Shown here piece by piece: positions 53,895 to 64,000 of a stretch of 64,000 nt of DNA. A model generated the notes under the pieces. That model had not been told where the DNA came from. It saw only the letters and a program-made list of their open reading frames with translations, and did no database searches. Position 1 is the first letter of the stretch, and each line of letters opens with the position of its first letter. The position numbers and the translations under genes are program-made. This DNA is from Calditrichia bacterium (GTDB lineage Bacteria > Calditrichota > Calditrichia > JAJRVZ01): assembly GCA_963796965.1 (NCBI GenBank), contig CAWCNS010000002.1:32001-96000 (forward strand), read 5' to 3'.

Positions 53895-54041
53895 GGAATT
53901 TGGAATTGGCTACTTGAAAATAGGTTGAATGCTCAATATGATTGAAATGTAAAATCCTGGAACAGGTCGATAAAATTCCTTAATCCAGTATAAAAAACCA
54001 GCCCTAGTACCAAATCCCCAATTCCTAATACCAAATTCCAA
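53895..54041. repeat. Inverted heptamer-repeat tracts between convergent genes
   Basis: GGAATTT-GGAATTGG mirrored by CCAAATC-CCCAATT-CCTAATA-CCAAATT-CC. Confidence 0.55.
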
Positions 54042-54048
54042 GTTACAA

Positions 54049-56509
54049 CTAAATTATTTTTACAACAACAGCCGACATGTCATCATGCTGTGCCTGCCCC
54101 CGGCTGAATCTGTTAACTTCTGAGTATAATTCGTGTAGTATCTTTTCAGCAGTATTATCTGCATTGCGGTTTAGACAATCCTGTAATTTATCTTCACCAA
54201 ATTCTTCACCCAATTTATTTCTGGCTTCAGTCAATCCATCTGTATAAAATAAAATAATATCTCCACTTTTTATTTCAATTTTGACCTCTTGCATCATTTT
54301 ATTAAAAAGTGTACCCTTTTCAAGGCCTAATGCCAAACCCTGAGTTTTGATGACTTTAATTTCTTCTTTACTTTTTTGGAACATCATTACTGGATTATGT
54401 CCCGATCTGGCTAAAACCAGGGTTCTATCTTCCATATCAAAGACACCATAAGCCATACTTATAAAAGCATCCCTTTTAGCATTCTCGAAGAATAGAACAT
54501 TAAGTCTCTTTTAATAACTCAGCAGGTGAATTAACAGTTCTGGAGAGAGCTTTTAAGAAGCCTTTTACTAGCGTCATATAAAAAGCAGCACGTGTTCCCT
54601 TACCTGATACATCACCTATAACAACACCAATTTTCTTTGTAGCGATTTTTACAAAATCGAAATAATCACCCCCAACATCTAAGGCTGGAATACATTGAGA
54701 TGCAATATCTAATCCTGGAATTATTGGAATATGAGCCGGGAGAAAACTTGTTTGAACATCCCTGGCGATTTTTAGTTCCTGCTGCATTCGCTGCCGTTCA
54801 TTTATGAATTTTGATAGTGCTGGTTCAATTTTACTAAAGTCGTTCACCCTATCTCTAGAAAAAATTGTTACGATTGCATACCCACACAACAATCCAAAAA
54901 CTATCATTAGGAATGTCCATGAATTTTGTAAAAAGGGCTCATTCGTCCAGGCATAAGATAATGCCACATCCAGTACCCGATACGTCATTAAGGAGACAAA
55001 CGCCGTGAGTAAATCATAGCGGAAGAAACCCCATAATAATACTGAAACAGCAACGGACTTAATTAATAACCCAAAATAAAGGGGTTGAATCTGTCCAGCC
55101 ATTACTATCGCCAGGGGGATAGATGAAAGAACGATCGCCAGCTTTCCTTTTCCGGTTTTCTTATAAAGAAGTGACATAATCAATAAAAAATTGATTGACA
55201 ATACATACATATCGGACCAGAAACTGTGACTTAGGATAAATAGGGCAGGATTTTTTGATGCAAACATATCCTGAATATATTCACTGGTAGTGAATGTCGA
55301 TAATGTCGACACATGGGAAAAAAGCCAGGTTAGTCCCATAAATATTAATAACGCCAACGAACCCAGAGCAAATCCCCTCAAGATTCCTTCACCCAATTTA
55401 GAATGAAAAAGGTGTCCCTTCATCAGAAGATCTAAGGGGATAAACTTATCTCGCCAGGTTTCACGACCCACAGATTCACTAACGGCCCAGGTAACTACAA
55501 ATGTCCCTGCCAGAAACACGGGGCCCAGCATAATCAGAAGTAAAAGTTGCCATTCTTCCGATCGGCTTACTAAAAAAAACATCTCAATAGCATAAAGAAC
55601 AAGCATAATAAAACCAAGGATCATGGCAAGATGAAATCTAATCTCAAAAGCCCGGCTCTTCTTAAAAGCCAGTATACTTATTGTTGTAGCAATTATGATT
55701 ATAAACAGGGCCAATAACATACCCGAAAACATCTCATCCCATTCATCATTTTCGTCCAGGACATAATCAATATTGAACTCTGCTATCTGCCCCCCTGTTA
55801 CTGTTGCCGTAATTTCTATATCTTTGTCAACTTCTTCGTTCGCTCCTAACCATTTAAAATCAAAAGATTTTGGCAAAATGGGCTGTGTACTGAGGCGTTC
55901 TCTCCTTTTTATTTCTCCTCTATCCAATGAGGGTTCTACACTAACTTTATTGTCGATTAAGGTTGCCTGCCTCAATTTTATTTGAGGAGCAAATTGTTGT
56001 GCAAAGTCACTAACGACAATCTTTGCCTGAATGATATCTAACCTGTTGAACTTTAATGAATCTGCAATTTCTCTACTGAAATAAATTAAATTTCCATGGG
56101 TATCAAATTTAAAGTGCAATCCATCTTTCACCTTTGCAGTAGATTCAGAGTTGCCAACATCCTTACTTTCTGATATGATCTCTAATTCTTCTTTGCCTTT
56201 CCACTCAAGATCCCACCAAAAGCCAGGTACGACTTCACGAAGGAATTGATTTCCTTTTTCTAAACCATATTCTTCCTGAATCTCCCGGATTAATTTATTA
56301 TCATTGTTAAGTTTCATATCCAGATGATAATTATAAAGGTCTACTGCATATTTGGAGGCCAGTTCATTTGCCTTTGAGATGATTTGTTCCCGGTCTATTG
56401 AGAATTTCAATGCACCAAAACTATTTGAAGCGGGGTAAATAAGAAATGAAAAATAAGTACAAAGGATTATAACGGAAAAAGAAACAATTATTAATCGCCA
56501 TTTCTGCAT
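54049..56509 (-). CDS. Membrane-bound PP2C/SpoIIE (RsbU-like) phosphatase, frameshifted at about 54505
   Basis: Multi-TM sensor region, VGGDYFD, IGDVSGKG; after the shift SGHNP, YTDGLTEA, HDDMS. Confidence 0.88.
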
Positions 56510-56658
56510 AAAAAATCCTGTAATTTGTATTAATGAATAGGGGATAATGTATCATACGTGATAATTATTAGCAATGATTCAATTAAATTATTGTAAAATA
56601 GATTATTTATTAATGAATCCTAAATAGTAAATTATAAAGTAAATCGGAAGATATAGAA

Positions 56659-57273
56659 ATGACAAAAAAACGAAGTTGGTATGATGGCTGGTTCTACGCT
56701 CAGTTCATAGACAGACAAAAATCACGTTTTCGCAAAAAAATAGTAAAATCTATACCAGCAGGACAAAGAGTATTGGACATTGGTTGTGGGACAGGTGGAC
56801 TCTCTCTGGATATGGCTGAAGAAGCAAAGTATGTCCTGGGAATTGATATTTCTGGCTTACAAATCGATGTGGCAAATCAGCGAAAAACGAAAATTAAACA
56901 AAATAACCTTGAATTTAGACAAGCCGATGCAAAAAATTTAAATGGAATAGTTGAAACAAACTTTGACTTTGCTACCATCATTCTGATTATCCATGAAGTT
57001 TCACCAGATGAAAGATTATCTATTCTTATCGAGGCAAAAAAGTATACTAAAAAGGTCCTCATTCTGGACTATGCAGAAACAATTTCTTTTAGCTTCTGGG
57101 GCATAGGTACCTACTTGATAGAATTTTTTGCAGGACGTTTACACTTTACTAATTTCAGGGACTATCTAAGAAATGGGGGTATAGTACCTCTTTTGGAGAA
57201 AGCGGGATATAAAATTGATAATAGCCGGGTAGATCGCTCTGGAATATTCAGATTTGTAACGGCGGTAAATTAA
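56659..57273 (+). CDS. Class I SAM-dependent methyltransferase
   Basis: VLDIGCGTG, GIDIS, ADA, IHE. Confidence 0.88.
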   Translation: MTKKRSWYDGWFYAQFIDRQKSRFRKKIVKSIPAGQRVLDIGCGTGGLSLDMAEEAKYVLGIDISGLQIDVANQRKTKIKQNNLEFRQADAKNLNGIVETNFDFATIILIIHEVSPDERLSILIEAKKYTKKVLILDYAETISFSFWGIGTYLIEFFAGRLHFTNFRDYLRNGGIVPLLEKAGYKIDNSRVDRSGIFRFVTAVN

Positions 57274-57275
57274 AA

Positions 57276-57299
57276 TCCCCCTCCCGGATGGGAGGGGGA
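57276..57299. terminator. GC-rich hairpin between convergent genes (probable terminator)
   Basis: TCCCCCTCCC-GGAT-GGGAGGGGGA. Confidence 0.6.
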
Positions 57300-57323
57300 A
57301 AACTGTTTAATCCATTGACAGAA

Positions 57324-58352
57324 TTAAAGATTATGCATCTGGTAATTGGCCTCTTCTTTAAGTTTTGTTATCTGGCTTCCAATTATCTCTCTTTCTTTTT
57401 CTTTCTTGACTTGTTGTTGAATCTCAGCTTTTATTTCTTCAAAACTTCTGGTTTCACTCTTACGATTAACAATCTTCAAAATATGATAACCAAATTGGGT
57501 TTCTACAAGATCACTCACCTCTCCAATTGGAACAGTAAATGCAGCATCCTCAAAAGCTTTTACCATGGCACCCCGTTCAAAATCCTCATACAGTCCGCCA
57601 TTATCCTTTGATCCGGGGTCTTCAGAATAGGTTTTAGCCAATTGTGCAAAATCTTCACCTTTTTTGGCACGGGCAAGAATTTTTTTCATTTTTTTATAAA
57701 CAGCTTGCTTTTCAGCTTCCGATTTTCCCCGGGTCTCCATCAGGATATGCCTTACAGATGCAGTCCGATCTTTCTGGATAAGACGTCTGTAGCGACTCTG
57801 CAATTCCTCTTCATCCACAGGTACCTCTTCAGAAATAACTTTATCGAGATATTTTTCGATCGTATACCCATTGGCTATATCTTCCTTTACCACCTCTATG
57901 GAAATACCGTTTTTGTCTATATACTGCATAAACTTTTCCTCACCACCCACATGGCCAAACTGAACTTGCAGTAAACTGTCCACAATCTCAGGACTGGCTT
58001 TTATACCCTTCCCACCGGCAGCAGTTAACAATAATTTTTGTTCTCCAATTTTTGTGGCATTTCCCTCAATAATTTGTTTAACATTAACTGCGTCCATTTT
58101 TTTCAGCTCAGCAACCCGCGGTCCAAAATTTTTTACGAGGGCTTCCATCACCTCCCCTGTTGTGATATCAAACTCATCAGAACTAATAATAACCTTATTG
58201 CTATCCGGATCTACAGATGGGATAACAGCAGTAAGTTCCTTGGCAAGTGTATAAGTTGGGGTTCCCGGTTCTAATGTAACTTTCTCTTGTTTCGACGAAC
58301 ACGATATCATGAAAAAAGTGAGAGTCAACATCCAAATCATAAAGATCTTCAT
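57324..58352 (-). CDS. Parvulin-type PPIase / PrsA-SurA-like foldase lipoprotein
   Basis: Lipobox MISC, RHIL, FAQLAKTYSEDPGS, FEDAAF, TQFGYHI. Confidence 0.88.
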   Translation of the reverse strand: MKIFMIWMLTLTFFMISCSSKQEKVTLEPGTPTYTLAKELTAVIPSVDPDSNKVIISSDEFDITTGEVMEALVKNFGPRVAELKKMDAVNVKQIIEGNATKIGEQKLLLTAAGGKGIKASPEIVDSLLQVQFGHVGGEEKFMQYIDKNGISIEVVKEDIANGYTIEKYLDKVISEEVPVDEEELQSRYRRLIQKDRTASVRHILMETRGKSEAEKQAVYKKMKKILARAKKGEDFAQLAKTYSEDPGSKDNGGLYEDFERGAMVKAFEDAAFTVPIGEVSDLVETQFGYHILKIVNRKSETRSFEEIKAEIQQQVKKEKEREIIGSQITKLKEEANYQMHNL

Positions 58353-58590
58353 AATTACTCCAATTAAAATATAGAACAATTGACGCCAGCAAATGTGTAA
58401 ACCCTGGAATTTTAGCAGATTTTTTGAAATAGAATCAACCAGGCTTACACAAGTGACATCTTCATTTATTAGCAGAATTTTTAACTAAGCAATAAAGTTA
58501 CTTAAAGAATTGTGAACATCAAAATATTTTCCTCATTGAATTAGGTCGAGATTCTTTTTATTTTGTTTAATTACTAAACAGAGGATTAAT

Positions 58591-59394
58591 GTGATTAAGA
58601 AGTGGCAGTCTAAGATACATGAGTTTATCTTCGAAGCAGACACTCCAGCCGGTAGGATGTTTGACATTGTTCTTATAATCGCCATTATGCTAAGTGTTAT
58701 CGCCGTAATGCTGGACAGTGTAAAAGCAATAAATATTCATTATGGAGAGGCTCTATATGCAATTGAATGGTTTTTCACCATCTTATTTACGATTGAATAT
58801 CTGCTTCGATTGATGAGCGTGGGCAAACCACTTAAATATGCAACCAGCTTTTTTGGCCTTATTGATCTTTTTGCTTTTCTTCCCACATATTTTTCATTAC
58901 TGTTCCCGGGAAGCCAATATTTTTTAGTCATTCGTCTACTACGTGTTCTTAGAATATTTCGTGTACTTAAACTTGTACGATTTCTCAAGGAAGCACGATT
59001 TCTCTTGCAGGCATTACGAGCCAGTAGTCGAAAAATATTAATTTTCTTTTTTACCGTTCTTACCCTGGTTGTCATCTTTGGATCACTCATGTATGTTATT
59101 GAAAATGAAACGGACGGTTTTACCAGTATTCCCAAAAGTATCTACTGGGCCATTGTGACACTCACAACTGTCGGCTATGGGGATATCTCACCCAAAACCC
59201 CTATCGGGCAGTCTTTAGCAGCGATAATCATGATTCTTGGATATAGCATTATTGCTGTTCCAACTGGAATTGTCACCGTAGAGATTGCTCAGCAATATAA
59301 AGAACAGGTCAGTACACAGTGTTGTCCGCAATGTTCTGCTGAAGGCCATGATCATGATGCAAAACACTGTAAATATTGTGGCTCAAAACTTTAA
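58591..59394 (+). CDS. Voltage-gated-type potassium channel with a C-terminal Zn ribbon
   Basis: S4 segment RLLRVLRIFRVLK, selectivity filter TTVGYGD, CPQC...CKYCG. Confidence 0.92.
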   Translation: MIKKWQSKIHEFIFEADTPAGRMFDIVLIIAIMLSVIAVMLDSVKAINIHYGEALYAIEWFFTILFTIEYLLRLMSVGKPLKYATSFFGLIDLFAFLPTYFSLLFPGSQYFLVIRLLRVLRIFRVLKLVRFLKEARFLLQALRASSRKILIFFFTVLTLVVIFGSLMYVIENETDGFTSIPKSIYWAIVTLTTVGYGDISPKTPIGQSLAAIIMILGYSIIAVPTGIVTVEIAQQYKEQVSTQCCPQCSAEGHDHDAKHCKYCGSKL

Positions 59395-59496
59395 CTATCA
59401 ACTTGGAAGACCATCCACCAGGTATATCCTCAAAAAATTTAATAATTAAATGTGTTGAGAATTGTGAGAGCTCTCTCAAAATTTCCCGGAGGAAAA

Positions 59497-60730
59497 ATGA
59501 AAATTTTGGCTCATATACTAATTAACATCTGCTTTGTAATGGTTTTTTCTTCATCCGATTTAAAAGCCTGTACAACAGCCATCATCAGCGGGAAATATAC
59601 AACTGATGGAAGACCTCTGCTATACAAACATCGTGATTCGGGTTTCTATCAAAATAAATTGATGTACTTTAAAGATGGAGCCTATGAATATATTGGTTTG
59701 GTCAATTCAGAGGATGTTGAAGGTATAGAAGTATGGTCCGGATCAAACAGCGCGGGTTTTGCTATAATGAATTCAGGCTTCTTATAACCTCAATACTAAG
59801 GATACAACGAAACTTAAGGACCAGGAAGGGATAATTATGAAGGAAGCCCTCCGTTCTTGTGCTACCCTTGCGGATTTTGAAGAACTTTTACAAAATTGGC
59901 CAAAACCGATGGGTGTTGAATCAAATTTTGGTGTGATTGATGCAGAAGGTGGTGCGGCCTATTATGAAACCACTAATTTTTCATTTAAAAAAATTGATGC
60001 TAATGATCCCATTATCGCACCCTTTGGATATATTATTCGTACCAATTATTCCTTCACTGGTACTCCTGATAATGGCTATGGTTATATTCGCTATTTAACG
60101 GCCAACGATTTGATTTATAATGCCGCTGGACAGAATACTTTAAACTATAAGTTTTTACTACAAAAAGTTAGCAGAAGTTTAAATCATTCCTTACTTAAGT
60201 TGGACTTAACAAAAATTCCCTGGAAAGCAGAAGCTGATAAACATTTTGTAACATTTGAAGATTATATTCCGCGTCAAAGTACTGTTACCGTGATGGTGGT
60301 TCAAGGCGTAAAGAAAAACGAGTCTGTCGATTTAACAACCATTTGGACCGTTTTGGGATTTCCTCTATGTTCGATAGTTGTTCCCACATGGGTATCGGGT
60401 GGTGAGGGTATTCCTTCTCTATTAACAGCAAATCAAACCGGAAATGCCCCTCTCTGCCAAATGGCTCTCGATTTAAAGGGAAAATGTTTTCCAATAAAAC
60501 GGGGTTCCGGTAAACGTTATATCAATCTCGCAGCTCTCTACAATTTGAATCAGAGTGGGATTATGCAAAAATTGCCCATGCTTGAAAACAGCATAATTTC
60601 ACAGACAGGAAATAGTTTAGCACAATGGCGATCGTCCGGGATGAAACAAAGAGAAATAGAGGATTTGTATGAGGAAGTTTCTGAGCAGATAATAAAATTT
60701 TATTCGGAAAATTTTGATGTGGATTATTGA
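59497..60730 (+). CDS. Secreted N-terminal-nucleophile (Cys) hydrolase, C45/C69-like, +1 frameshift at about 59776
   Basis: Signal peptide followed by CTTAIISG..T.DGRPLL.K.RD; NFGVIDA.GGAAYYE; RTN. Removing one G joins the two ORFs. Confidence 0.8.
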
Positions 60731-60754
60731 GTCGAATACCGATCAAAACTAAAC

Positions 60755-62557
60755 TTATAGTTCTGCATCTTTCTTCGTTTTGCTCGTTATCTTATCTTCA
60801 TATTGAATAAAGTCTTCCAGGTCTTCTATTAACATGGGTTTGCTAAAAAGAAAACCTTGATATTTGTAACATTTTTGCATACTCAGGATATCAAGATGTT
60901 GCATCCGCTCAACCCCTTCGGCGATAATCTCCTTGTTCAGATTCTTTCCAAGAGTTAGAATGGCTTTAACAAATGCTTCATGTTCTTCACTCATATGCAT
61001 ATCGGAAATAAAGGATCGGTCAATCTTAATAGTTGAGGCTGGAATTTTTTGAAGGTACGCGAGTGAAGCATAGCCAACACCAAAATCATCGATGGCAATT
61101 TTACAGCCCATATCTTCCAATTCTTTTATACGATCGATGATAGCCACTTGCTTATCAAGATAAGCGGTTTCTGTGAACTCCAATTGCAAATTTGCGGGAT
61201 TAATTCCCGTTTCACGTATCACCTTTTTCAGATTATCTACCACATCTGCATATCTTAATTGTTTAGCAGAAAAATTTACTGAAACATAGAGGGGTCTTTT
61301 AAATCGTTCATTTAGTTTTTTAAGATCAAGACAACCCTTCCGTAGCACCCATTCTCCAATATAATTTATCAAATCCGTTTTCTCTGCAATGGGGATAAAT
61401 TTATCAGGAGAGACAAATCCCAGTTCTTCATTTTGCCATCGAATCAAGGCTTCCGCCCCTATAATTTTAAAATTACCATTTCGCTTTTTTTCAATAATAG
61501 GTTGGTAATGGAGGACAAATTCTTCTTCATATTTTTGGCCATTAACGATCCTACGTAAATTATTTTCGACTTTAAGACGTTCTAATGACTGGGCTGTCAT
61601 CGCTTCGGAAAAAAAACGAAAGTTATTTTTTCCATTCTTTTTTGCATTGTACATGGCCGTATCGGCCCTTTTTACAAGCAACTCACGCTCAGATCCGTCC
61701 CGGGGAAATATGACAATACCCGTACTTACAGTCAGATAGTTTATCTTATGAGTGCCAATTTCATAGGGTAATGCAAGATTTTTAATTAATTTTTCAGCAA
61801 TGTCCCCTGCTTCATAATCATGATTTAAATTTTTAACCAAAACAGTGAACTCATCTCCCCCCAGACGAAATACAAAATCAGATTTCCTTAGACATGTCAT
61901 CATCCTGTTGGCAACCTCCCTCAACACATTATCCCCAACATCATGTCCCAGAGAATCATTCACCAACTTGAAATTATCCAGATCACAAAAAAGGACAGCT
62001 GAGAGAAATTCATCCGTTTTACGTTCAGATTCGTATACAACCTGGTCAAGCTCCTGGTAAAATGCCTCACGGTTTCTTAAACCCGTAACTTTATCATGAT
62101 AAGCTAAAAATTTTAATTCCTGCTGTGAATGGATCACAGCCGTCATATTATCTCCAAAAAGGTGGACTTCCGATAAATTTTCAGGATTGCCGTTTTCAAA
62201 GACTGGTTGAAAAGATCTTTTATAATACAATGTTTTATTGGTATCGGAGAATATTAATTTTTCAGTAAATCTTACCGTTTTTTTATCCTGAATTACCCGT
62301 TCGAACATCTCTTTTCGTTTTGCAACACATTCAGAATTAATACCAACTTTGTCAAAATAAAATTCATCATTCTCACCAATAATTTGCTCCCGAACTTCGT
62401 CCTCTCGAATATATTTCGAATTGGCAAATTTATATCTACCAGATAAATCAAAAATAGCAAATTCGGTCGGTAAATTTTGGAAAAATTCATAATTCAAACC
62501 AGTCTCTGTCCTACCAGAACCAAGCCATTTTATAATTTTTGTGTGAAAGGAAGACAT
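60755..62557 (-). CDS. PAS-GGDEF-EAL c-di-GMP cyclase/phosphodiesterase
   Basis: DLDNFK.VND, RKSD I-site, RLGGDEF, EALIRW, DDFGVGY, KIDRSF, AEGVE. Confidence 0.93.
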   Translation of the reverse strand: MSSFHTKIIKWLGSGRTETGLNYEFFQNLPTEFAIFDLSGRYKFANSKYIREDEVREQIIGENDEFYFDKVGINSECVAKRKEMFERVIQDKKTVRFTEKLIFSDTNKTLYYKRSFQPVFENGNPENLSEVHLFGDNMTAVIHSQQELKFLAYHDKVTGLRNREAFYQELDQVVYESERKTDEFLSAVLFCDLDNFKLVNDSLGHDVGDNVLREVANRMMTCLRKSDFVFRLGGDEFTVLVKNLNHDYEAGDIAEKLIKNLALPYEIGTHKINYLTVSTGIVIFPRDGSERELLVKRADTAMYNAKKNGKNNFRFFSEAMTAQSLERLKVENNLRRIVNGQKYEEEFVLHYQPIIEKKRNGNFKIIGAEALIRWQNEELGFVSPDKFIPIAEKTDLINYIGEWVLRKGCLDLKKLNERFKRPLYVSVNFSAKQLRYADVVDNLKKVIRETGINPANLQLEFTETAYLDKQVAIIDRIKELEDMGCKIAIDDFGVGYASLAYLQKIPASTIKIDRSFISDMHMSEEHEAFVKAILTLGKNLNKEIIAEGVERMQHLDILSMQKCYKYQGFLFSKPMLIEDLEDFIQYEDKITSKTKKDAEL

Positions 62558-62789
62558 AAATTTTTACTCGATTTTCTTTCGTTAGTTCGAATGTGTTAAA
62601 AATGACAAATTAATATAAAAAAAGCAGCCATCAGACATTATCGTCATGTTATTAGAGCCCCTTCTTAAATAATTAATAAAATTTTAATCTAATCAATTAA
62701 AGAATAACTTAATACAACGTGTTTAAACTATTTATTATTTTAAGATTTAAATTGAGGCCGGAAATATTCACGTTTCCTGTTTTCCTCTA

Positions 62790-62816
62790 TTATCGGAGTG
62801 ATCAGGACTTTCTTTA
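62790..62816 (-). promoter_or_regulatory. Sigma28 (FliA/WhiG)-like promoter candidate
   Basis: Minus strand TAAA-N15-TCCGATAA, about 230 bp upstream of the GGDEF-EAL gene. Confidence 0.5.
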
Positions 62817-62883
62817 CATAAACATATATATTACATACAGATAAATTAGAAACTTTGTGCAAAAGATGTTACTATATAAATGA

Positions 62884-62919
62884 AAAAGAAGAGATATCTT
62901 TGCAGATATCTCTTCTTTT
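62884..62919. terminator. Perfect 16-bp inverted repeat, probable terminator of the VWA gene
   Basis: AAAAGAAGAGATATCT-TTGC-AGATATCTCTTCTTTT. Confidence 0.7.
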
Positions 62920-62989
62920 ATTCCTATTTTTTTAGTTGCTATTCCTGTGATGAAAGGTATATCTCGAGATCAATGCTTCTAATGTCAAT

Positions 62990-64000
62990 TTAGGTTTCAA
63001 GTTTAAAGTCAACCACCACTTTTTCCCCTTCCCTAATCGGCCTGGAGGTGAATTGCCAGGAACTAATTATGGTTTTAAAACATTCTGCAATTGAATTTTC
63101 AGATATTTCGTTTTTGACAATTTTAAATTCTTTAACATTGCCACTGGAATCAAGGGTAATTTCTATTACAAGTTTCCCTCCCTTACCCGGTGTGGGAGAA
63201 TTTTGATAGCATTCTTTGAGATCGCTGATATTGATATTTACCAAACTACGTAGTTCTCTTTCTAAGGCAGAATTCGATGAATATACCTGATCCAATACGA
63301 CCTGATCCTTTTGTGATTCCGCCTTTTTAACTTTTTCCTCTTGTGCATCCGATTCTGACAAAGCTGGCGCGACCCTATAATGGCTTGTTTTCCTCAATAC
63401 TCCGGGGCTACCCGGCCCTTTGCCTGAGCCTGAATAACCTGCGAGAGCCATATTTGAAACACCATGTGGCAATGGTAAGGGTTGCTGCACTGTTACCGTC
63501 TCCCCCTCCATTGTTCTAATCTCTGAATCCACTCCAACAAATGAGGTATATTCAGTCAATAAATTATAGGTAAGTCCCAATTTTGTTATTTGTTCAACCA
63601 ATTCTTCATTTGATGAAACCTGATTGTAATCATTTAACATGGCAATTTTATATCTCGCCCAAAGATACATAAGAGCAGCATTTTTCTCTGAGGCCTCATA
63701 ATCAGCTAATTTGATTTGCCTGGTAAATGACTTTCCGCCGCCACCCATTCCATTAACCCGAATAGATCCAGTCAAACTTCCCCGCCATTTCCCAAATATC
63801 AACACTGGCCGCTCAGCCAGAACGTCAGGAATACTTCGTGGCTCTACATCATAAGTATCTAATCCATCAATAGAATAAGAGATATTGGTTAGAACAGGCG
63901 TTGAAATATATTCACGAAATTTATCTGCTTCAGCATTTGCATTATTTGCATTTGTAATCACAAAAGATTCACCCATTCCTGCTCTGGCCATTCCCTCAAT
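62990..64000 (-). CDS. VIT/VWA-family protein (C-terminal part) with a TonB-like AgmX/PglI C-terminal domain; 5' end outside the window
   Basis: PVLTNI, IPDVLAERP, LWAR..I, LLTEYTSFV.VD; C-terminal LKECY...G.L.I.I.LD..G.V....C....I..W.F. Confidence 0.75.
   Translation of the reverse strand: MEGMARAGMGESFVITNANNANAEADKFREYISTPVLTNISYSIDGLDTYDVEPRSIPDVLAERPVLIFGKWRGSLTGSIRVNGMGGGGKSFTRQIKLADYEASEKNAALMYLWARYKIAMLNDYNQVSSNEELVEQITKLGLTYNLLTEYTSFVGVDSEIRTMEGETVTVQQPLPLPHGVSNMALAGYSGSGKGPGSPGVLRKTSHYRVAPALSESDAQEEKVKKAESQKDQVVLDQVYSSNSALERELRSLVNINISDLKECYQNSPTPGKGGKLVIEITLDSSGNVKEFKIVKNEISENSIAECFKTIISSWQFTSRPIREGEKVVVDFKLET

Noticed and set aside
1290..60730. Programmed frameshifting or mass pseudogenisation as the cause of the split genes
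   Set aside because: No slippery heptamers, and each gene is otherwise intact with all catalytic motifs. Sequencing error is more parsimonious.
1..64000. Many short overlapping or antisense ORFs in the six-frame track (for example 10659-11003, 25027-25332, 58740-59135)
   Set aside because: They are shadows of well-supported genes and show no motifs or ribosome-binding sites.
1..64000. CRISPR array, tRNA, rRNA, integrase or transposase
   Set aside because: No regularly spaced direct repeats, cloverleaf or rRNA signatures, or mobile-element ORFs were seen.

Overview
AT-rich bacterial chromosomal window of about 45 genes, mostly housekeeping and envelope functions. The gene repertoire (short Bacteroidota-type sigma70, S8 protease with a T9SS/FlgD-like C-terminus, TonB-dependent receptors) suggests an FCB-superphylum organism, possibly Calditrichota-like (inference). 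It holds pyrimidine genes (carA-carB-symporter-pyrF-pyrE, pyrG, pyrD), ppk1/sixA, deoB, anmK, dsbD, a queD-queE-queF-queC cluster, an HK-RR-sigma54 activator operon, two c-di-GMP enzymes, and an HtrA plus pseudo-HtrA pair followed by a dimeric dUTPase and a large GH13 enzyme. No rRNA, tRNA, CRISPR array, transposase or prophage was seen. Eight otherwise intact conserved genes carry nine single-base frameshifts, and seven of these fall in or beside the palindrome AGCT. This points to sequencing errors caused by an AGCT DNA modification rather than real pseudogenes. Other highlights: a small secreted Ig-like protein with a C-terminal TWGxIK tail, a stand-alone degenerate HATPase_c protein, sigma28-like promoters, two candidate structured RNAs and several unrelated miniature palindromic elements.
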